Assembly (NCBI GenBank): GCA_964608835.1
Contig: CAZSPN010000008.1
Location: forward strand, 3,176 to 67,175
From: an uncultured Gallionella sp.
GTDB lineage: Bacteria > Pseudomonadota > Gammaproteobacteria > Burkholderiales > Gallionellaceae
Length of the DNA: 64,000 nucleotides
Direction: 5' to 3'
Positions 56,525 to 64,000 of this stretch are shown here, in pieces. The notes beneath the pieces are model-generated. The model was given only the letters and a program-made list of their open reading frames with translations. It was not told the origin of the DNA and made no database searches. The first letter of the stretch is position 1. Each line of letters starts with the position of its first letter. The position numbers and the translations under genes were made by a program.

Positions 56525-57754
56525 TCAGAAATTTGCCTGTGCGGAAATGGAGACAGTGTTGTTATCAAACCCAAACGAAGAATAGTTTACGGGTGTTGAA
56601 ATACGCTTCTCATGCAGAATAGAAGTGCTGACGGCAACTATTTTTGTTGGAAACCAGTCAATCCCTATCGATTCGGAATGTGTCTCATCTTTGCGGGCAA
56701 TCGCACCCGGCACGACAGCACCGCGATAATCATTGCCCCCCCGATTGAACGATGCGCGCATAACTATTTGGGGGTTAATCTGCCATGTTGGCGAGATTGA
56801 AAAACGGTCGGCAACATAATAACTGCTGGCAGCATCCCACCAGCTGCTCAAATTTCTTTGCCAATTCAGAGCAAGAGAGGTCTTGCCGGAAGCTTTTAAA
56901 ACGTAATGTATTCTACCCTGTGTTGCACTGTAGTCACGTTGGGGGAAATTAAGGCCACGATGCTGTAAATCCATCAGAGTGACGGTCAAAACCGACTTCC
57001 CGGTAATGTCCCAGCCTGCCTGAAGCTCCAACTGCTTCTCTGTTGAGCCCGTATCAATAAGTGTTGCCGGGTTAGCAATCTGATTGGCATTTGCTCCCCT
57101 CACGTTGCGTGAAATCAGTGCAACTGTTCTGCTTTGAGTCTCATAATACTTAACCCCCAACTCGGATGAATTGTTGCGTGAACCTTGATTGTTAGTGGTA
57201 TTTATGCTGTTTGTAGAGTGTCCGCTGGACACGCCAAATAACCAGTGCCATTTACTTCCACCGCCCCAATCACCATTAACACTAAGGCTATCAACCGTAC
57301 TCAAATTCCGTGTATATATCCTCGTGTCGGCAGGATTGCTTAGTGTCTGGGTTCGCGCAGCATTCAACCGGCCCTTAAACTTCGAGCTAATTTGTCCATT
57401 CCATACACCTTTTATAGACGAGCTGGTGTAATCAAGATTGGGAAAATTATTGTATTTTACATTTGTCGCATTCGCGTTAATTGTCACCTCTTGATTCGAG
57501 TATTTCTTTTCGATATCGAGACCAATAGAAAAAAAACGCGTCATATCTGACTTATTGTCTTTCCCAAGATATAGTTGCGGATCAAAATCTGAAGGCAGCC
57601 TGAAAACATTATCGTCATAGTTAATACCACCACTCATCGTATAGTTGAGCGTATCGAATTGATCGGCCAAGACAGGCTGCACCGCCAATAGGCAACAAGA
57701 CGAAGTGACTAGGAATTTTTTAATAACGTAAATTAAGTGTTTTTGACCGGGCAT
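56525..57754 (-). CDS. epsL: Outer-membrane beta-barrel protein, EpsL type
   Basis: 409 aa with a signal peptide (..CCLLAVQPVLA). Alternating-hydrophobicity strands, Ser/Asn/Gly-rich loops, terminal ...SISAQANF. First gene of the core eps operon. Confidence 0.6.
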   Translation of the reverse strand: MPGQKHLIYVIKKFLVTSSCCLLAVQPVLADQFDTLNYTMSGGINYDDNVFRLPSDFDPQLYLGKDNKSDMTRFFSIGLDIEKKYSNQEVTINANATNVKYNNFPNLDYTSSSIKGVWNGQISSKFKGRLNAARTQTLSNPADTRIYTRNLSTVDSLSVNGDWGGGSKWHWLFGVSSGHSTNSINTTNNQGSRNNSSELGVKYYETQSRTVALISRNVRGANANQIANPATLIDTGSTEKQLELQAGWDITGKSVLTVTLMDLQHRGLNFPQRDYSATQGRIHYVLKASGKTSLALNWQRNLSSWWDAASSYYVADRFSISPTWQINPQIVMRASFNRGGNDYRGAVVPGAIARKDETHSESIGIDWFPTKIVAVSTSILHEKRISTPVNYSSFGFDNNTVSISAQANF

Positions 57755-58020
57755 GGAAAATCTAACTCTAAAAAACAGTGCCTACACAATTAGGGCTGAT
57801 CAGCATGACATGCTTACATTACTCATTTATGAAAACCCCTCTCAAATCGCATAATCAATCTTGAACAACGCGCAATATCCCCCGATTAATTTAACATTCC
57901 CTTAACCTGACAGTAACGCTGGTGAAATATTTTCATGCGATGGTGCACGCATGAAAAATACTGCTCCAAAAAATAGTCGTCTCCGCTTAAGCTTCATTTA
58001 TCGGATGCGATGACATCAGA

Positions 58021-58797
58021 ATGCAACAAGTCCGCTCGATATTCCTGTCAGATATCCACCTGGGAACCAAGGCCTGCCAAGCCAATTACTTGTTGGAATT
58101 TCTGAAGGAGTATTCCTCTGAATACGTGTTTCTTTTAGGCGATATTGTTGACTTGTGGTCGATGAGCCGAGGTGGCGTACATTGGTCACCCGCACAAAAT
58201 ACCTTCGTTCAAAAAATGTTGCGGCGTTCACGGCACGGCGAAAAAGTAATTTTCATTCCTGGCAACCACGATGAAGCAATGCGCGAATACGTTGGCACTT
58301 CTTTTGGTGATGTCCTGATAGCACATGAGTACATTCACACGGCGGCCGATGGACTACGATACTTGTTAATTCATGGAGACGAATTCGATCATGTCACCAT
58401 GCATCACAAGTGGGTCGCCATTTTAGGTGATATGGCTTACAACTTATTAGTAAGATTAAATATCTATTTATCCTGGTTGCGCCGAACGTGCAGACGATCC
58501 GGCTACTGGTCTTTGGCAGGCTATGCCAAGCGCAAGGTAAAAACTGCGGTGAATTTCATCTTCAACTTTGAAGATTCTGTTATCCGCCATGCCCGTGAAC
58601 TGGGATTGGACGGTGCAATATGTGGTCATATCCATTGGCCGGCTATAAAACAAGTGAACGGCCTGACCTATCTCAATTGCGGCGATTGGGTTGATAGCTG
58701 CACTGCCATCGTTGAACACCTGGATGGACGAATGGAACTCATTCACTGGAACGTCACCCACAAAGTCAGCACTGTTCCAGCCGTTAACAATCATTGA
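58021..58797 (+). CDS. LpxH-like metallophosphoesterase (UDP-2,3-diacylglucosamine diphosphatase family)
   Basis: 258 aa. IFLSDIHLG, LLGDIVDLW, IPGNHDE, LIHGDEFD and CGHIH motifs. Confidence 0.75.
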   Translation: MQQVRSIFLSDIHLGTKACQANYLLEFLKEYSSEYVFLLGDIVDLWSMSRGGVHWSPAQNTFVQKMLRRSRHGEKVIFIPGNHDEAMREYVGTSFGDVLIAHEYIHTAADGLRYLLIHGDEFDHVTMHHKWVAILGDMAYNLLVRLNIYLSWLRRTCRRSGYWSLAGYAKRKVKTAVNFIFNFEDSVIRHARELGLDGAICGHIHWPAIKQVNGLTYLNCGDWVDSCTAIVEHLDGRMELIHWNVTHKVSTVPAVNNH

Positions 58798-59180
58798 GGA
58801 ATAAATTCACGGTGGAAAGTCCATACAAAGGAAAAACAGGCATCAAACGGTTATTAAATGCCTTCAAGTATTCGTGTGCTGGCCTACAAGAAGCCTATCG
58901 CAATGAAGATGCGTTCCGTCAGGAAGTTTTATTGGCAACAATTCTATTGCCTCTCGCTTTTTGGTTAGAGCAAACCATGATTGGACGGGCATTGATGATT
59001 GCTAGTGTGTTATTGCTTATCATCGTCGAGCTGCTTAACTCCGCAATCGAAGCTGCCGTTGATCGTATTTCTCTTGATGATCACAACCTCGCCAAGCGTG
59101 CGAAAGACATAGGCAGTGCAGCGGTTTTAATCAGCCTGATAAATGTCGTTGTGGTCTGGTTTCTGGTTTTATTGAACTAA
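58794..59180 (+). CDS. dgkA: Diacylglycerol kinase
   Basis: 128 aa, 3 TM segments. NEDAFRQEV...VELLNSAIEAAVDRIS...AKDIGSAAV, colinear with DgkA. 4-nt overlap with the upstream gene. Confidence 0.85.
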   Translation: MRNKFTVESPYKGKTGIKRLLNAFKYSCAGLQEAYRNEDAFRQEVLLATILLPLAFWLEQTMIGRALMIASVLLLIIVELLNSAIEAAVDRISLDDHNLAKRAKDIGSAAVLISLINVVVVWFLVLLN

Positions 59181-59195
59181 CCTCACATACTCAAT

Positions 59196-60404
59196 ATGAA
59201 AATCCTATTTATCTCCGATGTCTATTATCCCCGCATCAACGGAGTTTCTACTTCTATTGAAACATTTCGCCACAACCTGAGTGCTATCGGACACACAGTT
59301 CATTTGATTGCCCCAGAATACACTACCCTCAGTGCTGACGAAACTGGCATTCTTCGTGTTCCCTCAAAAAATATACCGCTTGATCCGGAAGATCGGCTCA
59401 TGAGTTACCGCTGGGTGATCCAACAAGTCGAAAAATTACGCGCAGAAAAATATGACATCATCCACATTCAAACTCCTTTCGTGGCTCATTATTTAGGAAT
59501 CAAGCTATCACACTTGATGTGCATCCCTTGTGTCGAAACCTATCACACTTTCTTTGAGGAGTATCTGTACCACTACATTCCTTTTGTACCCAAAGGCTTG
59601 ATGAAAATTATTGCCAAACGTTTTTCTCGCCATCAGGGAAACAGCTTGGATGGCATGGTCGTTCCTTCGCACCCAATGTTGAATGTATTAAAGGACTACC
59701 TCATCACAACCCACACAGAGGTCATCCCAACGGGGATTGAGCCCTCCAGCTTCGCTCCTGGTGATCGTGAAGCATTTCGTAATACTTATTCCATTCCACA
59801 AGATCAACCAGTTTTGCTCTTTGTGGGTCGTGTCGCACATGAAAAGAACATCGGATTTTTGCTAAGGATGCTGGGGCTGGTTAAACAAGAAATTCACGAT
59901 GTGCTTTTCGTCATCGCGGGTGAAGGCCCTGCCCGTAAAATTTTGGAGCAAGAAGTCAAAGAGCTTGGCCTAAGCGAAAACGTTATGTTTATCGGCTACC
60001 TAGATCGCAATACAGAATTAAACAGCTGCTATCGCTCCGCTGACATTTTTGTTTTTTCTTCACGGACAGAAACGCAAGGTCTAGTATTATTGGAAGCCAT
60101 GGCTCAAGGCGTGCCTGTGGTCTCAACTGCAGAGTTAGGTACGCGCGATGTCTTGCGTGATGGCGAAGGTGTGTGGATTGCAAAAGAAGAGTTGGTCGAC
60201 TTCTCTGAAAAAATCATCAAGATGTTGCGCAACTCTGATGTGCGTAAAAATCTTGGGGAAGCAGGACGGGAATACGCGCATGGTTGGTCTGCCAGAAAAC
60301 AAGCCGATCGTATGGTGGAGTTTTATCAAACAACACTTGCCACATCCACGCTACCCCAGCATGAACTGGCATTGAATTCCACGGCAAATCCTTCGAACAA
60401 CTAA
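59196..60404 (+). CDS. Glycosyltransferase family 4 (diacylglycerol-glycosyltransferase-like)
   Basis: 402 aa. MKILFISDVYYPRINGVSTSI N-terminus and FSSRTETQGLVLLEAMAQGVPVVSTAELGTRDVL E-x7-E region. Confidence 0.8.
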   Translation: MKILFISDVYYPRINGVSTSIETFRHNLSAIGHTVHLIAPEYTTLSADETGILRVPSKNIPLDPEDRLMSYRWVIQQVEKLRAEKYDIIHIQTPFVAHYLGIKLSHLMCIPCVETYHTFFEEYLYHYIPFVPKGLMKIIAKRFSRHQGNSLDGMVVPSHPMLNVLKDYLITTHTEVIPTGIEPSSFAPGDREAFRNTYSIPQDQPVLLFVGRVAHEKNIGFLLRMLGLVKQEIHDVLFVIAGEGPARKILEQEVKELGLSENVMFIGYLDRNTELNSCYRSADIFVFSSRTETQGLVLLEAMAQGVPVVSTAELGTRDVLRDGEGVWIAKEELVDFSEKIIKMLRNSDVRKNLGEAGREYAHGWSARKQADRMVEFYQTTLATSTLPQHELALNSTANPSNN

Positions 60405-60632
60405 GTGGATGCTGCCACATCAATAATTGGAGGAAGGGTTGTAAATATTGTCCCTGATTTGTCTGTTTATCCTGATGCAGATAGGCTTGTATTGATTTCA
60501 CCTGTACCCGAACCCGATACTTACATTTTGCTTCTGATGGGATTTATTTGCCTTATTGGTTTTCAACGCATCATGTCCCGCCGTGAAAAGTTTGGCATGT
60601 TTCAAAATAAATTCTCTTGCGCCTCTATGTAA
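60405..60632 (+). pseudogene. Orphan PEP-CTERM sorting-signal remnant
   Basis: The ORF opens at the codon immediately after the GT4 stop, in the same frame. It encodes ...LISPVPEPDTYILLLMGFICLIGFQRIMSRRE (VPEP at 60504-60515). There is no signal peptide, no ATG and no credible RBS-start pair upstream. Confidence 0.5.
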
Positions 60633-60768
60633 TTCAGCCCTTTCGGTAGTGTTACACGAATAGATATTTCGTTTCCCCGTTCCTCCATTCGGTCTAGCTA
60701 CAAGCTGAAATTTCATCAATCTGTCATCTTCAATAGCTACTATTGAAACATTAAACAGGCTATAGGAA

Positions 60769-61224
60769 ATGGCATCCATGACGCGATTCGGTGTGACTAA
60801 TAAAACTCTTCTCACTCGTGCGAGTGTGCAGGGTTTTACCTTGCTTGAATTGCTGGTGGTAATGGTCATTATCGGATTGTTGGCAGGTTACGTTGGGCCC
60901 AAGTATTTTGCACAAATCGGAAAATCGGAAGTGAAGGCGGCAAAGGCGCAAATAGATGCACTGGGGAAATCGCTGGATCAATATCGCTTGGATGTCGGAC
61001 ATTACCCCAGTTCCGAGCAAGGGTTGGCGGCACTTTTTACCAAGCCAAGCAACGAGGCAAAGTGGGAAGGACCATACCTGCAAAAAGATGTACCGAATGA
61101 TCCTTGGGGCAAGCCTTATGTGTATCGCCACCCTGGCGAGCATGGTGAATATGATCTGCTTTCGTTGGGCAAAGACGGCCAGGCTGGTAGGTCTGACGAA
61201 ACCGCAGACATCACCAATTGGTAG
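60769..61224 (+). CDS. gspG: Type II secretion major pseudopilin GspG
   Basis: QGFTLLELLVVMVIIGLLAGYV prepilin motif and DPWGKPYVYRHPGEHGEYDLLSLGKDGQ. ATG 60778 (9 nt after AGGAA) may be the true start. Confidence 0.9.
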   Translation: MASMTRFGVTNKTLLTRASVQGFTLLELLVVMVIIGLLAGYVGPKYFAQIGKSEVKAAKAQIDALGKSLDQYRLDVGHYPSSEQGLAALFTKPSNEAKWEGPYLQKDVPNDPWGKPYVYRHPGEHGEYDLLSLGKDGQAGRSDETADITNW

Positions 61225-61232
61225 GTACGTTG

Positions 61233-62426
61233 ATGCAATTTGAAATGAAAGTACTGCGACGTGGCGAAGGGGTAAGTCTTCTTTCAGTCGCAGCCATGAA
61301 TGAAAGCGATGCCGCAGCTCTGGCTAAAAATCAGGGTTACACCGTGCTTGGGATTAAATCCGGTGGCGGTATGGCCTTGCCGAAATTCAAACGGTCGGGT
61401 AATGGATTTCCCCTGGTGTTGTTTAGTCAAGAGCTGCTCGCGTTATTGGATGCGGGTCTCAGCTTGGTCGAGGCATTGGAAACCTTGGCCGAAAAAGAAC
61501 GGCACGGTGAGGCGAAAAAAATATTCGATGCCATCGTCGCGCGTTTGTACGAAGGGCAACCCCTCTCGACGGCCTTGCAGGATTTTCCATCCGCGTTTCC
61601 GCCACTGTTTGTTGCCTCGATACGCACCAGTGAAAAAACCGGCGGCTTGAGTGATGCCCTTGGTAGATTTGTTGCCTATCAGTCACAACTGGATTTTGTG
61701 CGCAAAAAAATCATCAGCGCGTCCATCTATCCTGTTTTGTTGATGTTTGTGGGCGGATTGGTAGTGATGTTTTTGCTGACCTATATAGTCCCCAAGTTTG
61801 CGGTGATTTACGAAGGGAATGCCGCCAATCTGCCTGTGTTATCCCAGTTGTTGCTGCAATGGGGTACGTTGCTTAAAACCCACGGGCTGCTGGTTCTGTC
61901 GGCGCTACTAAGTGTTTTATCCGGCGGTGTATATGGCATTACCAGACCCTCTGTAAAAGTATGGGTCATGCAAAAACTATGGCATATCCCCGCCGTGGGA
62001 GAGCGTATGCACGTCTATCAGTTGGCACGCTTTTACCGAACACTGTCGATGTTGCTCAAAGGCGGTATTCCGGTGGTCAGTGCATTGGAAATGGTGTCGG
62101 GCTTGCTTCAGCCAGTATTGCGCGCCAAGTTAAAACTCGCTTCACGTGCCATCAGCGAAGGACAAACTATTTCTCACGCAATGGAAGCGCAGGAGCTGAC
62201 CACGCCCGTGTCGTTGCGCATGTTGCGCGTGGGTGAACGGACTGGAAATGTGGGTGAAATGATGGAGCGCATCGCCGCTTTTTATGATGAAGAAATGGCA
62301 CGCTGGGTCGATTGGTTTACGAAATTGTTCGAGCCGATTTTGATGGCACTGATAGGGTTGGTCATTGGTGTGATCGTCATTCTGATGTACATGCCCGTGT
62401 TCGATATGGCGGGGAACATTCAATGA
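61233..62426 (+). CDS. gspF: Type II secretion inner-membrane platform protein GspF
   Basis: ATG 61233 (the track start 61218 is TTG). Two GspF/PilC repeats (LALLDAGLSLVEALE..., LSMLLKGGIPVVSALE...). 3 TM segments. Confidence 0.88.
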   Translation: MQFEMKVLRRGEGVSLLSVAAMNESDAAALAKNQGYTVLGIKSGGGMALPKFKRSGNGFPLVLFSQELLALLDAGLSLVEALETLAEKERHGEAKKIFDAIVARLYEGQPLSTALQDFPSAFPPLFVASIRTSEKTGGLSDALGRFVAYQSQLDFVRKKIISASIYPVLLMFVGGLVVMFLLTYIVPKFAVIYEGNAANLPVLSQLLLQWGTLLKTHGLLVLSALLSVLSGGVYGITRPSVKVWVMQKLWHIPAVGERMHVYQLARFYRTLSMLLKGGIPVVSALEMVSGLLQPVLRAKLKLASRAISEGQTISHAMEAQELTTPVSLRMLRVGERTGNVGEMMERIAAFYDEEMARWVDWFTKLFEPILMALIGLVIGVIVILMYMPVFDMAGNIQ

Positions 62427-64000
62427 ACATTATGGCATTAGACGTGCTTAAGGTTTCACTTACCGCCGATGATTTGCGCAGGGCATACGCAGAAGCAAAA
62501 CGTATCGGCTGCAATGTCACCCAAGTGATTGAGGAAAATCACGGTGCCAGTCCCAGCTTTGCTATTACCGAAATTGCGCGTCTGTTTCACTATCCAGTAT
62601 TGGATATGTCCGCATTAAATGGCTATACACCCGCTTTTGAGATTATCCCATTCACTGAGGTGGCAAGCCGTGAGTGCATGGTGCTGCGCGACGGTAGCAG
62701 CAAGCTCGCGGTTATTTTTTGCGATCCGTTCAATACTGAAGGTCAGGAGTGGATTGAAGCACGCACGGGAAGTGTCACTTGGTATCTGGTTCACCCTTAT
62801 GATTTCTCTGCCTATCTTGCGCGTTATGAAGCGGGATTGCGAGCGATGGATAGCGTTGTTACGGATGTAAATAGCGTCACGAGTGATGGCGTGAAGGTGG
62901 AAACGCTATCCCTCAAAGGCATTAGTGAAGATACCAGCCCTGTTGTAAAGCTAGTTCACTCCACGCTCTACGACGCGCTCAAAGCAGGTGCGAGCGATAT
63001 TCACTTTGAATCCAACCCCAATGGCTTTCGTATTAAATATCGCATAGATGGCGTGTTAACTTCGGTGAACGAAGTGTCAGGCGTGGAAATGGCGGAGCAA
63101 GTTGTTTCGCGCATTAAGGTGATGTCTGAGTTGGATATTGGCGAACGGCGCACGCCGCAAGACGGACGGTTCAAAGTGGGGATGCAGGGTCGTGATGTGG
63201 ATTTCCGTGTCTCGATTATGCCGAGCAGTTTTGGCGAAGATGCGGTACTCCGTATTTTGGATCGACAAACGTTGTCTGACCAAATAAACGGATTGACACT
63301 CGACATACTGGGCTTCGACGCGGATAGCATTGCCAAGCTGCGGATGCTGGCCCGTGAGCCTTACGGCATGGTACTGGTGACAGGGCCAACGGGTAGTGGG
63401 AAGACCAGTACCTTGTATGCCGCAATCAGCGAAATAAATGATGGCGAGGAAAAAATTGTCACCATCGAAGATCCGGTCGAATATCAGTTGCCTGGCGTAT
63501 TGCAAATTCCGGTAAACGAAAAAAAGGGACTGACGTTTGCGCGTGGGCTGCGTTCAATTTTGCGGCATGACCCGGACAAAATCATGGTGGGTGAAATCCG
63601 TGACCCGGAAACCGCGCAAATAGCGATTCAATCAGCCCTGACTGGACACTTGGTTTTTACCACCGTACACGCCAACAATGTGTTTGATGTGATTGGGCGA
63701 TTCATACACATGGGGGTTGATCCATACAGTTTCGTAGCCGCGCTCAATGGCATTTTGGCACAGCGTTTGGTGCGTCTGACCTGCACGAGTTGCGCCGAGC
63801 CGCAGCAACCTTCCGCCGACACATTAAAGTCATCTGGCATCACCCCCGAGCAGGCCAAGGAATATCGGTTTGTTTCCGGGCGCGGGTGTGGCCAGTGTCG
63901 TGGCACGGGATTCAAAGGGAGAAAAGCCATCGCCGAGATGCTCCATCTGAATGACGAAATCAGAGAACTCATTGTCGCCAAAGAACCAATCCGTCGTATT
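62423..64000 (+). CDS. gspE: Type II secretion ATPase GspE (3' end beyond the window)
   Basis: My own translation from ATG 62423 (ATGA overlap with the gspF stop). SPVVKLVHSTLYDALKAGASDIHFE, GERRTPQDGRF, Walker A VLVTGPTGSGKTST, Walker B/Asp box IMVGEIRD, His box TGHLVFTTVHAN, tetracysteine CTSC...CGQC. Open for 526 codons to position 64000. Confidence 0.9.
   Translation, partial: MNIMALDVLKVSLTADDLRRAYAEAKRIGCNVTQVIEENHGASPSFAITEIARLFHYPVLDMSALNGYTPAFEIIPFTEVASRECMVLRDGSSKLAVIFCDPFNTEGQEWIEARTGSVTWYLVHPYDFSAYLARYEAGLRAMDSVVTDVNSVTSDGVKVETLSLKGISEDTSPVVKLVHSTLYDALKAGASDIHFESNPNGFRIKYRIDGVLTSVNEVSGVEMAEQVVSRIKVMSELDIGERRTPQDGRFKVGMQGRDVDFRVSIMPSSFGEDAVLRILDRQTLSDQINGLTLDILGFDADSIAKLRMLAREPYGMVLVTGPTGSGKTSTLYAAISEINDGEEKIVTIEDPVEYQLPGVLQIPVNEKKGLTFARGLRSILRHDPDKIMVGEIRDPETAQIAIQSALTGHLVFTTVHANNVFDVIGRFIHMGVDPYSFVAALNGILAQRLVRLTCTSCAEPQQPSADTLKSSGITPEQAKEYRFVSGRGCGQCRGTGFKGRKAIAEMLHLNDEIRELIVAKEPIRRI

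Noticed and set aside
60498-61143. Minus-strand ORFs 60498..60869 and 60760..61143.
   Set aside because: They are antisense to the PEP-CTERM relic and to the motif-perfect gspG gene, with no supporting features.
1-64000. Search for rRNA, tRNA, CRISPR arrays, IS elements or transposases, integrases and phage genes.
   Set aside because: I saw no cloverleaf-like or rRNA-like segments, no regularly spaced direct repeats and no transposase or integrase-like ORFs. The only repeats found are the 35-nt terminator duplication, the 16-bp box family and the intragenic NHL/TpsA protein repeats. This absence is based on visual inspection only.

Overview
This 64-kb window looks like Gram-negative chromosome. 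The gene set resembles the Methylobacillus-type eps cluster of beta-proteobacteria, but that attribution is inference only.

Left edge:
- A two-partner-secretion operon: tpsB at 7755-9353 and a giant tpsA running 7600->1, truncated by the window.
- A small toxin-antitoxin patch: a DUF1778/GNAT-like pair carrying a nonsense mutation, and an intact vapBC pair bracketed by a duplicated terminator.

From about 10.8 to 60.6 kb there is one large XrtB-type exosortase / PEP-CTERM exopolysaccharide island:
- Core operon epsL-epsD-epsE-epsF-epsG-xrtB-epsI (57754->50585, minus strand).
- Precursor genes manC, gmd, fcl, galU and galE.
- A Wzx-type flippase and two Wzy/O-antigen-ligase-like proteins.
- At least six glycosyltransferases, three acyl/acetyltransferases, two methyltransferases and a clan GH-A hydrolase.
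- An EpsB-type priming transferase, a CPBP/CAAX protease and the LuxR-type regulator EpsA.
- Five PEP-CTERM cargo genes.

Right edge: an lpxH-like/dgkA/GT4 module, then gspG-gspF-gspE (gspE runs off the window).

Most noteworthy observations:
1. A 459-aa ORF fuses a complete PEP-CTERM cargo protein, sorting signal included, in frame to a complete WecB/TagA/CpsF glycosyltransferase.
2. A 16-bp palindrome (TAGTCCGAACGGACTA-like) lies upstream of every PEP-CTERM gene and nowhere else that I saw. It is a candidate operator for the co-encoded EpsA.
3. An orphan PEP-CTERM tail lies in frame directly behind the stop codon of a GT4 gene.
4. Two genes are decaying: a sixA-like gene with both catalytic His->Tyr plus an internal stop, and a DUF1778 antitoxin with an in-frame TAA.

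I recognised no rRNA, tRNA, CRISPR array, transposase or integrase. All calls rest on the supplied ORF track plus my own translation of the two edge-truncated ORFs. No database search was possible, and start codons are approximate.
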